This document shows, piece after piece, positions 50,729 to 62,942 of a stretch of DNA of 64,000 nucleotides (position 1 is the stretch's first letter; the number at the start of each line of letters is the position of its first letter). The translations under genes and the position numbers were made by a program. The stretch is from Candidatus Bathyarchaeota archaeon (GTDB lineage Archaea > Thermoproteota > Bathyarchaeia > Bathyarchaeales > Bathycorpusculaceae): NCBI GenBank assembly GCA_963777155.1, contig CAVZPM010000002.1:1-64000 (forward strand), given 5' to 3'. The notes beneath the pieces were generated by a model, which ran no database searches, was not told the origin of the DNA, and worked only from the letters and a program-made list of their open reading frames with translations.

Positions 50729-52687
50729 ATGCAGTTTGAACTTGTCGCTCCATTTAAAATGTCTCCTGGACAGGAAACAGCTGTTGATCAGCTAGTGCAA
50801 AACTTCTCCACAAAACCAAAACAAACGCTTCTTGGAATAACTGGCAGCGGCAAAACATTCGTCATGGCAAACGTCATCAACGAACTCCAAAAACCCGCTC
50901 TTATTCTGGCGCACAACAAAACGTTGGCGGCCCAACTCTATGCTGAGTTAAAAGAGCTTTTCCCAAACAACCGTGTCGAATACTTCATCAGCTTTTATGA
51001 TTTTTATCAGCCAGAATCGTATTTGCCTGCACAGGACATGTACATTGAGAAAGATTCGGATGTAAATGAGCAGATAGAAAAAATGCGTATGCATGCGGTC
51101 TCAAGCATAGTTAGTAGAAACGACACCATAATCGTCGCTAGTATTAGTTGCATCTACAGCTTAGGAAACCCTGACGACTTTCGGACAATGGCGGCGGATT
51201 TGGAAGTGGGCAGGCAAATGTCACGTAGCCAACTCGTACACGACTTGGTGGATATGCAGTATGAGCGAAACGACATGGTGTTGGAGCCCGGCAGGTTCCG
51301 TGTACGAGGCGAAACTATTGATGTAGTGCCCTCTTATGAGAACGACATCTTACGCATCGAACTTGAGGGTAACATGATTAAGAAAATTAAGGAAGTTAAT
51401 CTGCTAAATGGCGATGTGAAAATCTCCGTTGACAAGCTAACGCTCTACCCTGCTCGTCAATATGTTGTACCTGAAGAAAAACATGCGTTAGCGATTGAGC
51501 ATATCAGGCAGGAGTTGGACAAACGTCTTCTTGAACTACCGCCGCTTGAATCCCACCGATTGAAGCAACGCACGAACTACGACTTGGAGATGATAAAGGA
51601 ACTCGGCTACTGTGGCGGCATGGAAAACTATAGTCGCCACTTCGATGGACGCAAACCCGGTGTGCCACCCTTCACACTGATAGATTACTTCCCCAAAGAC
51701 TATCTGCTTATCATCGACGAGAGTCACCAAACCATTCCCCAAGCCCGCGCCATGTACAACGGTGACTACTCCCGCAAAAAGAACCTTGTAGACTTCGGTT
51801 TTCGTCTTCCAAGCGCACTCGACAACCGGCCGTTAAAGTTTGAGGAGTTTGAGCAGAAGATGGGTAAAGTGCTCTTTGTCTCCGCTACCCCCGCCGAGTA
51901 TGAGCTAGAAAAGAGCGGACAACCTGTCGAGTTAATTACTCGCCCCACAGGGCTTCTGGATCCAGAAGTCGAGATCCGTCCGATCGAAGGTCAGATGCAG
52001 AATTTGATGGTTGAAGCAAAGAAAACCATTGACCGCGGCGATCGCATACTAATCACAACTTTAACAAAGCGTATGGCTGAAGACTTAGCAGATTACCTTG
52101 CTAAGGAGGGCTTCCGTGTCCGGTACATGCATTCAGACATCCAAAGCCTAGACCGCATAGAGCTCGTAAGACAATTGCGGGTTGGCGACTTCGACATCCT
52201 CGTCGGTATAAACCTGCTCCGCGAAGGCTTAGACATTCCTGAAGTTGCAACAATATTCATCTTGGATGCTGACAAAGAGGGCTTTCTGCGTGACGAACGC
52301 AGTCTCATCCAAACCATAGGGCGAGCAGCAAGAAACGTCAACGGCAAAGTCATCCTCTATGCCGACATTGAAACAAAGTCGATTAAGCGAGCCATTGAAA
52401 CCACATATTACCGCCGCAGTTTTCAGAAACGCTACAACCAAGAGCACGGTATAACCCCCTCGACTATTATTAAGGGTGTTTCAAAGAAGGAAAGGGTAAT
52501 TAAAGGCGCCAAGCACCTGCCAAAATCGGATATGAGACGCCAGATCATCGAGTTAGATGCTCAGATGCGTGAGGCAGCCGAAAAGCTAGACTTTGAACGC
52601 GCCATTGAATTGCGGGATGCGATTGCCGAGCTCAATAAAGCGCTAGCTCGAAAGGTCGAGAATGAAGCGTTGAACCCAGAAATTTAG
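50729..52687 (+). CDS. uvrB: Excinuclease ABC subunit B
   Basis: GITGSGKT, HNKTLAAQL, YQPESY, DESH, GINLLREGLD, C-terminal UVR domain. Confidence 0.97.
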   Translation: MQFELVAPFKMSPGQETAVDQLVQNFSTKPKQTLLGITGSGKTFVMANVINELQKPALILAHNKTLAAQLYAELKELFPNNRVEYFISFYDFYQPESYLPAQDMYIEKDSDVNEQIEKMRMHAVSSIVSRNDTIIVASISCIYSLGNPDDFRTMAADLEVGRQMSRSQLVHDLVDMQYERNDMVLEPGRFRVRGETIDVVPSYENDILRIELEGNMIKKIKEVNLLNGDVKISVDKLTLYPARQYVVPEEKHALAIEHIRQELDKRLLELPPLESHRLKQRTNYDLEMIKELGYCGGMENYSRHFDGRKPGVPPFTLIDYFPKDYLLIIDESHQTIPQARAMYNGDYSRKKNLVDFGFRLPSALDNRPLKFEEFEQKMGKVLFVSATPAEYELEKSGQPVELITRPTGLLDPEVEIRPIEGQMQNLMVEAKKTIDRGDRILITTLTKRMAEDLADYLAKEGFRVRYMHSDIQSLDRIELVRQLRVGDFDILVGINLLREGLDIPEVATIFILDADKEGFLRDERSLIQTIGRAARNVNGKVILYADIETKSIKRAIETTYYRRSFQKRYNQEHGITPSTIIKGVSKKERVIKGAKHLPKSDMRRQIIELDAQMREAAEKLDFERAIELRDAIAELNKALARKVENEALNPEI

Positions 52688-52773
52688 GGTTTTGATGCAA
52701 AAAGGTTCTAATCTTGCAAGTTAAAACTGGTTAAAGTCTCAGAAATGGGAGAAGGAAACAGGGACTAAAAGTA

Positions 52774-55678
52774 ATGCGCGACAATATTTCCATTAAGGGA
52801 GCTAGGGAGCACAACCTGAAAAACATTGATTTAGAGTTGCCCCGAAACAAGTTCATAGTAATAACTGGGCTTTCAGGCTCAGGCAAATCAACGCTTGCGT
52901 TTGACACGATTTATGCGGAGGGTCAGCGACGATACGTTGAAAGCCTCAGTGCTTATGCAAGGCAGTTTCTTGGTTTAATGGATAAGCCAGACGTGGATTC
53001 GATCGAAGGTTTATCTCCTGCAATCTCCATTGAGCAGAAGAGTACAAGCAAAAACCCCCGCTCAACTGTTGGAACAGTCACAGAAATCTACGATTACCTA
53101 AGGCTCCTTTTTGCACGTATTGGAACACATCATTGCCCTAAATGCGGCAGCAGCATCCATCCTCAGAGTCCAGAAAACATCGCTAGCCTAATCATGGCTG
53201 ACAAAGGAAAAACGCTCACTTTCCTCGCACCAATCATCCGAGGAATGAAGGGGACGCATGAACAGGTTTTTGACGACCTCAAGAAAGAAGGCTACACAAA
53301 AATTCGGGTAGACCAGAAAATCTACGAATCCGACCACATCAAAGAAGAAGTGAAGCTTGTTCGATATGAGAAACACTGGATTGAAGCGATAATAGATACA
53401 GCCGTGGTTTCTGATGAAGAACGTTCCCGCGTTGCTGAAGCCGTTGAGGGGGCACTCAAAACAGGCAAAGGCACCATGATTGTAATCGACGCGGCAAACC
53501 AAGATGCGAGCAAGAAAAAAGAGCTAGAACGCTTCGAAGACGAAACAATGTATAGCACCTTTGGTGCCTGTCCAAACCATCCAGAAATCGTATTCGAAAG
53601 CCTTGAACCCCGCATGTTCAGCTTTAACTCACCCTTTGGCGCATGCCCAACCTGCCATGGACTGGGCGAAATCACTGAAGTTACCGCTGACAAAGTGATT
53701 CCAGATAAGAACCTAACAATCATGGATGGAGCATTGGCGGTTTACAAGGGCACCATGGAGCTCAGCTGGCGGGCACAGCAAATAGCAACCGTTGGCAGAA
53801 AATACGGCTTTGATGTTTTTACTCCAATTAAGGATTTTACTGAACAGCAGCTCCAAGTACTCCTGTACGGCGATAAGGAACCAATCAACGGAAGTTGGTC
53901 AAATGGTGCTAGCATGTGGATGCGTGATGGTTGGGAAGGCATAATCCCACAAACCATGCGGCTTATATCGTCAGACAGAGAGTGATTGGCGCAAAGAAGA
54001 CATAGAAAAATATATGACCTCCAGACCATGCGGTACATGCAAAGGCAAAAAGCTTCAGCCAGTAGTGTTAGCTGTTAAAGTTCTGGATAAAAGTATAATC
54101 GACGTTACGGACCTCTCGATTGAAGAAGCGGTGGACTTTTTCCGTGACTTGCCGGCAAAATTGAATGGGAACGAATTATTCATTGCCAAGCAAGTGCTTA
54201 AAGAAATCAATGAACGACTAGGTTTTCTTAAGAATGTCGGTTTAGGTTATCTTTCGTTGTCCCGTGCCGCTAAGACTCTTTCTGGCGGTGAAGCTCAACG
54301 TATCCGTTTGGCGACTCAGATTGGTAGCAACCTAATGGGTGTCCTCTATATACTTGATGAACCCAGCATCGGATTGCACCAGCGTGACAACGCAAAACTC
54401 ATCAGTACCCTTCAGCGACTGCGTGATTTAGGCAACACGTTAATCGTTGTTGAACATGACGAGGAGACCATGCGACATGCCGATTACATCGTTGACATGG
54501 GACCTGGCGCAGGAATCCACGGAGGGCACATCGTCGCAGAAGGCTCTCCACAAGAAATTATGAAAAACCCCCGCAGCCTCACAGGTAAGTATCTTTCAGG
54601 CGAGCTTAAAATCGAAATTCCTGAGGAAAGGCGCAAACCAGTCAGCTACATAACGGTGAAGGGCGCGGAGGAAAACAACCTAAAATGCCTCAGTTTACAA
54701 TTACCCCTCGGTGTTTTATGTGGTGTCACTGGAGTTTCAGGCTCGGGCAAGAGCACATTGATGAACTTGACCGTTATTCCAGCAATGAGAAAAATGTTCG
54801 GGGAGCAAGTTGACAAAGTTGGAAAACACCAAAAGCTGGATGTACCAGCAGTCGTTCGCAACGTCATAGTTATCGACCAAGACCCAATCGGGCGAACCCC
54901 ACGAAGCAACCCCGCCACCTACACTAAACTCTTCGATGAAATCCGTCACATTTTCGCTTCCACCAAAGAAGCAAAAGCCCGTGGCTACAAAGAAGGACGA
55001 TTCAGCTTCAACGTCAAAGGTGGACGATGTGAAACCTGCCAAGGCGACGGCGTTCTACGAATCGAAATGAACTTCCTGCCAGACGTCTACGTTCAATGTA
55101 GCGAATGCAAAGGTAAGCGTTACAACAAAGAAACTTTATCCGTGTTGTATAAGGGCAAAAACATCGCCGAAGTCTTGGATATGACAGTGGAGGAAGCAGC
55201 GAAATTCTTTGAGAACACTCCACGGGTTTCACGCAAACTAGAAACGTTGCTCGATGTGGGCTTAGGCTACATCAAACTCGGGCAAAGCTCAACCACCCTT
55301 TCCGGTGGAGAGAGCCAACGCATCAAAATTACTCGTGAACTCAGTAAACACAAAACTGGACATACCATCTACATGCTCGATGAACCCACCACAGGGCTGC
55401 ACTTTGACGACACAAAACGTCTCATAAAAGTGTTGAATCGGCTGGTAGACAACGGCAACACTGTTTACATTATCGAACACAACCTTGACGTAATCAAAAG
55501 CTGCGACTACCTCATCGATTTGGGACCTGAAGGAGGCGCTGCAGGTGGTGAAGTGTTGGCTCATGGAACACCTGAAGAAATCGCGGAAATACAGCGGTCT
55601 TACACGGGATTATTTTTGGAAAAAATACTTAACCATAACTCCCGAGTAGTTACGGTGATAGTGAAGCAGCCTGCATGA
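52774..55678 (+). CDS. uvrA: Excinuclease ABC subunit A (frameshift near 53965)
   Basis: [17 protein letters not shown]; second half [16 protein letters not shown]; one extra base splits the two ORFs. Confidence 0.95.
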
Positions 55679-57299
55679 TTAAAATAACATTGCCCTCTGA
55701 CTTCAGAAGCTCAGATATGCCCACAAACCCAGGTGTCTATCTGTATCGGGATGAAGCAGGCGAAATCCTTTACGTCGGTAAAGCAAAAAGCCTTCGTTCA
55801 AGGGTCAAGAGCTATTTTTCAACTACTGAACAACCCATCAAGACAAGGCAGCTAGTTTCTCGAATTCGCAATATCGATTGGATTGTCGTCAACAGCGAAG
55901 TTGAGGCGTTGCTGCTAGAGAACAAACTGGTTAAGCAACACACACCCAAATACAACATCAACCTTAAAGATGCCAAAACCTTCGCTTACATCTCACTTAC
56001 AAGAGAACCTTTTCCGAGAATTCTGACGAGTCGCAAGGTTTCCCGCAAACTCGAATCTTTTGGACCATACACTGACGGTTTTACAAGACAGGACTTGCAG
56101 CGCTTGGTGGTGAGGGTGTTTAAGCTGCGCACTTGCAAGACCATGCCCAAACGGGCTTGCCTAAACTATCATATTCATCTATGCACGGCACCATGCATCT
56201 GGCAAAACAACTGCCGAACAATACTCCGAACAAGTCAAGCAGGCACGTAGCTTCCTAAACGGAAACTACATCAAACCATTGATGCAACTAAAAATCCAAA
56301 TGCAAACCGCCTCACAAAGCCAGCAGTACGAAACCGCTCTTGAGACTCCGCAACCAAATCCAATCCATTAGGCTCCTCACCGAGCATCAAATTGTGGATA
56401 ACGAGCGACGCTTTGACCAGGATGTTTTGGCGTTTAGGCAGGTGGGCGATAAGATGCTGGCTGTTCAGATGGGTGTTCGCCATGGGGTATTACTTGGCAA
56501 AAAAGACTTTAGCGTCGATGTTCAGCCACAAATTGAGCAGGAGTTCTTGAAGGCTTTCTACACTACCAACCAGCTTCCAAGAGAAATCCTGTTGAATAAG
56601 CCCTGTTGGCAGGGTGCTGAAGAGAAAAAGGTGTTGGAGGAATTCTTTTCTGCTAAACGGGCTGCGCCTGTTTCATTGACGATTCCCAGGCGCGCAGATA
56701 AGTTGGGTCTTGTGCGGTTGGCGGAGAAAAATCTGGAATCCAGCCTTGATGTGGACAGTGCTCTGGTAGATTTACAAAACAACCTCAACTTGCCAGTCCT
56801 GCCGCACATAATTGAGTGTTTTGACATCTCCAACTTGGGAACGGAACATGTAGTTTCAGGCATGGTCAGCTTCAAGGATGCCAAACCCGACAAGAAAAAC
56901 TATCGTAAATTCAAAATCAAAACCTTCCTTGGGCAAGATGACTTTGCAGCTGTCAACGAAGTTGTCGCTAGAAGGTACAAGCGACAAATTGAAGAGAAAA
57001 GCCAACTTCCAGATCTTGTGGTCATCGATGGTGGACCTGGACAGGTAAGCGCCGCCAAAGCTGCCTTGCAAACACTCGGATTGCAGCTTCCCCTGATTGG
57101 TTTAGCTAAAGAACATGAAGAAATCTACCTGCCAGACGAAGCAGCGCCCAGAAACTTTGACAAGAACAACCGAATGATGCTGCTGCTAAGGAAAATCCGT
57201 GATGCAGCCCACGACTTCTCGCTGGGTTACAACCGCAAACGAAGACAGATGAAAATTCGAGAAGAATTCAAACAAGCAACACCTAAAGAAACTTCTTAA
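55675..57299 (+). CDS. uvrC: Excinuclease ABC subunit C (frameshifts around 56200-56340)
   Basis: [22 protein letters not shown]; IECFDISN; DGGPGQ. Confidence 0.93.
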
Positions 57300-57693
57300 G
57301 TGCCTCTTCAAGCCCGCTGAAGCCCTTTATTATAACGTCCGAGTGAAACACAATCCATGGACTCAAACATTTAATCTCAGAAACCACAATAACTTTTTTG
57401 CCTTTACGTTTAGCGTAGAACATTTCCATGCAGGCGCCGGCTGAGAGGATAGGAAAATAAACAACCATTACGTCGCATCGGTCGGCATCGTCGAGGTCCC
57501 GTTGGACAAAGTCAAAAACTGGTACCTTATCCCACCAGCACTCCTCGGTTCCATTATAAAGAACGCGCTCCCTTTTCCATGGATCAATGATTTCAAAGCC
57601 TAACCTGGAAGCTATTTCAGTGATGGTTCTTCTGTAGTCTTGGTTTTTCTCCATTCCCAAAATTGGACCTGAAATGAACAGTTGCTTCTTCAT
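57283..57693 (-). CDS. Nucleoside 2-deoxyribosyltransferase-like protein
   Basis: FISGP, DP, RDL...DV, SAGACMEMFYA. Confidence 0.75.
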   Translation of the reverse strand: MKKQLFISGPILGMEKNQDYRRTITEIASRLGFEIIDPWKRERVLYNGTEECWWDKVPVFDFVQRDLDDADRCDVMVVYFPILSAGACMEMFYAKRKGKKVIVVSEIKCLSPWIVFHSDVIIKGFSGLEEALKKFL

Positions 57694-57825
57694 GTTGCCG
57701 ACCACAGGTTCATCTACCGCCAAGTCTAATATTTTTTGTTTGTGGCAAAGAGAACCTTAATTTCAGTGAAACTGTTTGTTGAGGAAAAATTTAAGACTTC
57801 TTAGGCAGAGTTTCTAGTTGGTTAC

Positions 57826-58041
57826 TCAATATTCCGGTTGCAGATTTCTTAAGGGCAACAAGGTATTCCTTCGCAAAATGGCCTTTTCAGTGGATTCTTT
57901 GAGTTTTTGTTTTGGTTGTTGTTGTAGGCGGTTTGTGTGCAAAAACATTTTTTCTGGTTGTTTTTTAAGGTTAGTTTCTGGTTTGGGCTCTGGATTGGGG
58001 TTTGTTTGGTAGAAGTAGTGGATGTGGAAGAGCTTTTTCAA
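57826..58041 (-). CDS. Possible small basic low-complexity protein
   Basis: 71-aa ORF on an A/C-skewed strand; no recognisable motif. Confidence 0.3.
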   Translation of the reverse strand: MKKLFHIHYFYQTNPNPEPKPETNLKKQPEKMFLHTNRLQQQPKQKLKESTEKAILRRNTLLPLRNLQPEY

Positions 58042-58286
58042 TGTTGCTTGTAGCAGTTTTTAGGCTGCTTGTGGGCATTCTCAACATAGTTGTGCACGCA
58101 CCAGATTAATCGTGGTAAGCCAAAAACAGCAAAATACATCCAAACAGCTAATATTTTAGTTTCCACATGCAGAAAAGTGCAAAACAATCTAAAAAGACTA
58201 TGAAATTCTAGAAAAGACAGCTGTTCCAAGTTCGTTTGTTCGAAAGGATAAACGGAATGCAATTCTTATTAGCTAAGTCCCACTTT

Positions 58287-59165
58287 ATGGATGCGTTGAA
58301 AATGTTAAAAAGCGATTTAATGTTTGAGAAAACACGCGACTACGATAAAGATGGGTCAATCAAGCGTGAAGTCGATAAAGCACTTGCTGCGCTAAAGGTT
58401 TTTAGGGAGAAATTTCCTTTCGCTGAAAACCTTCGAACGATAGAATGGTTAGACCCCGATAAACTCTTCAAATTAAACCCTGACGAAGTCGGCGAGTTCT
58501 TCCAATTACTGGAAGACATTTTCAAACTGCTCGGTTATTCAAGTCTTAACAGCTCCAATGTTTATCGCAACGCCCGACTACAAATCAACGATCTCAAAAA
58601 CTTGCTCCGCATCGCAGTAGATAGCAGAAAGTCCCTGGCACAGAAAGTGGATGCTCTGTGGGAAAAAATAGGTGGATTAGGACAAGACAAACACCTTGCT
58701 AAAAAAATCATATTCTGCTTTAACTACGAAAGTGGTACGGTCCTACCAATTTTTCATAATCAGCATCTGAGGCATTTCGCTAACCGAACGGTTGATTCAC
58801 CCAGTGGACAAACGAAGTATTTTTCGATGGGACAAGAATATGAACATTTCACTTCTGAGCTTCTAAAAGCCAAAAATAGCTTGCCTCTAACGCGAGGTTG
58901 GACTGTCCTGTACTTCACACGCTTTTTATACAAGAATTATCCGCCGCCAGACAGCGAACCCATCGCTTCAGCAGAGAGAAAAATTGGAAACGTAGTAACA
59001 GAAGAGCAATTAGACATGCAAGGGTTCATGAGGTTGCTCGGCGACTTGCAAAAGCAAGGTAAACTAACAGGTGAGCAATTCAGGGAAAACCGGTCCTTAT
59101 GGATGCAGCAGCCTAGCGAAAGGGAAGGTTTGAGTCTGCGCCTTAAAAAACTTCTTAATCCATAA
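58287..59165 (+). CDS. Hypothetical protein
   Basis: Long ORF with an HhH-like W.KIGGLG.D..LAKKI segment. Confidence 0.7.
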   Translation: MDALKMLKSDLMFEKTRDYDKDGSIKREVDKALAALKVFREKFPFAENLRTIEWLDPDKLFKLNPDEVGEFFQLLEDIFKLLGYSSLNSSNVYRNARLQINDLKNLLRIAVDSRKSLAQKVDALWEKIGGLGQDKHLAKKIIFCFNYESGTVLPIFHNQHLRHFANRTVDSPSGQTKYFSMGQEYEHFTSELLKAKNSLPLTRGWTVLYFTRFLYKNYPPPDSEPIASAERKIGNVVTEEQLDMQGFMRLLGDLQKQGKLTGEQFRENRSLWMQQPSEREGLSLRLKKLLNP

Positions 59166-59192
59166 ATTAGAGTAGTGGCAGGGTACACATTG

Positions 59193-59780
59193 CTACTTGA
59201 TTATTAACGACCGTAAAAGTCTGGTGAATCTTTCTTTAACATAGTTACGTTCATTGAGTTCTTTATCACTCATTGTGAGCAAACCCGAATACTCTTGGAT
59301 TTCTTGCTTCGTAAAATAATCAACATCGTCAAGTTTTGATATAGCTTCCTCGGTGTCTTTGCAGGTGCAGCAATCATCCAGTTCGATGGATAGCTCAGCC
59401 AACTCGTTTATCGTTGATTGATCATATTTTAGGTTGTATCCTATTCTCTTTAGCCCTTCAAGGGTAGCCTTGACTTTCTCAGCAACAGTTTCTTTGCTGT
59501 TGGTTTCTTTCCCAACCGTAAAATGGAAAACTTCAGCAGTCGCCCGATAGTAGCTTTCGATTAGGTGATCGACTCGAACCTCTTTCGCGACCTCCACCAT
59601 GCCTACGTTGCAAAGTTTTTTGATATGGTGATAAACCGTTTGAGGAGTTAGATTTAGTTCGTCTGATATTTTACTGACAGTCATTTCCTTTGCTCGTAAC
59701 AAATAGAGGATTTTCCGTCGTGTTTCATCAACTGCGACTTTAACTGCTTCAGGGTCGGTTATAGTCATTATGGGCTTCAT
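59193..59780 (-). CDS. ArsR-type winged-helix transcriptional regulator
   Basis: DETRRKIL.LL, T.Q.VYHHIKKL...G.V, E.YY. Confidence 0.88.
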   Translation of the reverse strand: MKPIMTITDPEAVKVAVDETRRKILYLLRAKEMTVSKISDELNLTPQTVYHHIKKLCNVGMVEVAKEVRVDHLIESYYRATAEVFHFTVGKETNSKETVAEKVKATLEGLKRIGYNLKYDQSTINELAELSIELDDCCTCKDTEEAISKLDDVDYFTKQEIQEYSGLLTMSDKELNERNYVKERFTRLLRSLIIK

Positions 59781-59860
59781 GATGACACATTATAATTAGG
59801 AACTTAATGTATATATAAACGCTTACTCATTAACACCGCAATCTTTTAATACAAATACAT

Positions 59861-59892
59861 TTTTAATATTAAAACGTCCATATTAATATGGA
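59861..59892. promoter_or_regulatory. Two adjacent perfect palindromes (putative operators)
   Basis: TTTTAATATTAAAA (59861-59874) and TCCATATTAATATGGA (59877-59892). Confidence 0.55.
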
Positions 59893-59919
59893 GACACTCT
59901 TTAAAAAGAGGGAACAATC

Positions 59920-60159
59920 ATGAAAATAAGCCTCAAGAAAAACACAAAAAACACCCCTATTCTTGCTCAGTTTGGACACCTCGCATTTCCACTAAAAAAA
60001 ACCAGCAATATACCAAAACTCACAAAAACTCTCAAACTCACACAAACAACAACAGTTTTCACGAACTTCCCAACAAAAGAACACAAAATATTCCAAATTG
60101 AAGCAGAAGCAAAACGCAATCAAGCCCAAATATATGCAAGCACCACCTCCATAAGATAA
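59920..60159 (+). CDS. Putative small basic protein divergent from the ArsR-type gene
   Basis: GAGGGA SD and ATG; 79 aa ending in helical EAEAKRNQA. Confidence 0.5.
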   Translation: MKISLKKNTKNTPILAQFGHLAFPLKKTSNIPKLTKTLKLTQTTTVFTNFPTKEHKIFQIEAEAKRNQAQIYASTTSIR

Positions 60160-60310
60160 TAAAAGGAGAACAAAGCGTGTTTTGTTTATCTACGCAATAT
60201 TATCAACAAATTCTTGTTTCAATCATTAGAGATGTTATAGTTCTGGCAAAGGTTTAAGTTGAAAATTAATTGATTCTTCAAGTAGAGTGGTCTTCAAAGC
60301 TTGGACTTGA

Positions 60311-61550
60311 ATGTTAAAAATGTTCAGTATTTACCGGGGAATATCTAAAGACGCCAAGTTGCTAGTTTACCAATCGATACTTCCATCGGTTGCTTATGGT
60401 TTGTTTTTTACTGACATTTCGTACTTTCTGACAACAGTTCAGGGGTTATCTTACGGTTTTATGGGCATCGTTATTACGACGATGGGTATTGCAACCTTCG
60501 CGGCTAGCATACCATTAGGATTAGTCGCTGACAGGTACGGTCGAAAAAAAATGCTCATCATGGGCAATGTAGTCTCAGGAGGAACTCTGGTTGTTTTCGC
60601 ATTCACCACCGATCCAGTATTTGTTAATGCGCAGCGGTTCTTGAAGGCATTTCTGAAGCTGCTTTTTCTGCTTCCAGCGGTGCATGGCTTGCAGAAAAAT
60701 GCGATAACACAAAAAGAAACAGCGTCTTCAGCTTCTCGGGATTTGCCCAAAGCCTATCTTTCGGAATCGGCAGCTTGGCAATTCCCGGAATAGCCATTTT
60801 CGAATTCATAGGATTCTCCAACAAAATAAGTCACGGCCTCTTATACGCAATCTTCGCCATCCTCTGTCTTCTTTCCACTCTAATTCTAATTAGAATCCCG
60901 GAATCCTACAAAGCGAAAAAAAGGGTTGATCACTTATCAAATCCTGATAACGCCCACCGAAACAAACAATCAATGCGGATTATTGCGAAGTACGTGATTA
61001 GCAGCGCGATTATAGCAGTTGGAGCAGGCATGGTTGTTCCTCTGATGACGGCTTGGCTGCATCTACGATACGGAATACCAGATACTATAAGTGGGCCAAT
61101 TCTTGGGATCGTAAGTATCGTCATAGCTGTAGCTACCCTTGCTGGCCCCCCATTAGCGAAAAGATTTGGCTTAGTAAAGGCGATCGTTCTCACTCAAGCT
61201 GCGTCCACAATATTCATGTTCGCTACCCCTCTCTCATCAAGTTACATAATTGCCTAGCTCTACCTACACTGTTCGAGCCTTTCTTATGAACATGGCAAGC
61301 CCGCTGTCGCAATCCATGATTATGGGTTTAGTCGATGAGAAAGACCGCGGGATGGCTTCAGGCATAAACACCGCTTTGTGGAGACTCCCCAACGCGTTAA
61401 GCACCTTTGTTGGGGCTTACCTAATGTCTGTTGGTTTGCTTAGCCGCTCCATTTTTTATCGCGAGCATACTTTACACAGTATCCATTGCATTGTTCTGGT
61501 TCTACTTCAGAAAAACCAAACTACCAGAAGAGCAAAGCTCTAAAGAATAA
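60311..61550 (+). CDS. MFS transporter, three or more frameshifts
   Basis: GLVADRYGRKK motif A; collinear fragments 60311-60793, 60775-61257, 61250-61543. Confidence 0.88.
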
Positions 61551-62592
61551 TTTTTGACAAGATTTCTCCAATTACGGACGCGGTTCTTTCCACGTCAGCT
61601 CGCTCTATTCCATTATGCGTTACAAACCTTACCTTGTTTCTAGCCGTAGAGACCGCTAAGACTCCTTGTTCTCTTAACTTTCCTAGAAAATCATTGCAAT
61701 CTACTCGGTCTGTGAGTTGAAAGATAACCATGTTGGTCTGAACAGTTTCCAAATTAATTTCTATACCGGGAATTTTTGAGATTTTTTCAGCGAGAATTTT
61801 CGCGTTTTCATGGTCAATCTTCAATCGGTCAACCATTTTTTCGAGTGCGATTATTCCTGATGCGGCGATTATGCCTGCCTGTCGCATCTGACCTCCCAAG
61901 AGTTTTCTTATCTTTCTTGCTTTATCTACAAACATTTGATCACCCACAATGAGTGATCCAACAGGACAGCAAAGACCCTTAGAGAGACAAAACATCAAGG
62001 TTATCAACGTGTTTTGTAAACTCTCGAGGATCTATATTGAGCGCAGTTGAAGCATTGAATATTCGTGCGCCATCCATGTACAGCTTTAACCTTGTTTTGC
62101 ATCGAAATTTCGTTAATTTCTTTTAGTTGGTCGTGGGGTTATTATTGTTCCGCCATGTCTATTGTGCGTGTTCTCAACGCAAATTAAGCTAGCATCTGGA
62201 AAAGAGATGCTTTTTGGTCTGAAGGCTCCTTTAAGTTCTTCAGAACTATACACTCCTGCTGAAGTTTGAATTGGCCAAGGAAGAAGCCCTGCTATAGAGG
62301 ATATTCCACCCGCTTCATACCAGTAAATATGTGATTCGGCTTCGAGGATTACTAATTCTCCACGGTTGCAGTTAGCCATAAGCGATGTGAGGTTTGCTTG
62401 AGTCCCGCTTGGAACTAGAAGAGCAGCCTCTTTACCCATTTTTTCCGCAGCTATTTCCTGAAGTTGATTAACTGTTGGGTCTTCTCCGTAGTAATCATCG
62501 CCTAGTTTTGCATGTCTTGTTGCCTCGAGCATTTCTTCAGTTGGCAGTGTAACTGTGTCGCTTCTTAGATCGATTATTTCTTTGATTTGCAA
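61540..62592 (-). CDS. ltaE: Low-specificity L-threonine aldolase, frameshifted
   Basis: IDLRSDTVT, PSGTQAN, ENTHN, CLSKGL..PVGS, GG.MRQAG. Confidence 0.92.
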
Positions 62593-62708
62593 ATAATCCC
62601 CTTGTTGGTTTTGTTATGTCGATCTAATTAATATTTCACAATTTCACACCTTGGATGGTCAAGTATTTTCTTGTAAAGGCTTTTAATCTATGAAAATTAG
62701 TAGAAAAT

Positions 62709-62921
62709 ATGGAAGGAACAAGAAAAAGATCGCTCGCTAAGACCGTACTTTGGCGAGTGATTTGTATTGTTGTAAGTATTGTTACAACTTTTGCCTTTAC
62801 TGGTAAATGGGACCTTGCTGTTGCCGTGGGCACCGTTTACAATGTAATAACGATGGTTCTATACTATTTTCATGAAAGGCTTTGGAATAGAATAAAATGG
62901 GGATGTAAACCCACCAAATAG
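62709..62921 (+). CDS. DUF2061 domain membrane protein
   Basis: RSLAKTV.WR...YYFHERLW..IKWG. Confidence 0.85.
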   Translation: MEGTRKRSLAKTVLWRVICIVVSIVTTFAFTGKWDLAVAVGTVYNVITMVLYYFHERLWNRIKWGCKPTK

Positions 62922-62942
62922 AGCGATAGGATGAAGCTCTGG

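Noticed and set aside
58038-58262. Minus-strand 74-aa ORF
   Set aside because: No SD or motif, and it overlaps the upstream region of the divergent gene
250-62592. Frameshifts in about ten genes as programmed frameshifting or mass pseudogenisation
   Set aside because: The breaks are mostly single-base indels, hit unrelated genes including uvrA, uvrC and the PUA protein, cluster regionally (13.4-15.0, 42.6-43.9, 60.6-62.1 kb), and leave the flanking protein sequence undecayed. This fits uncorrected long-read error; a read pileup would decide.
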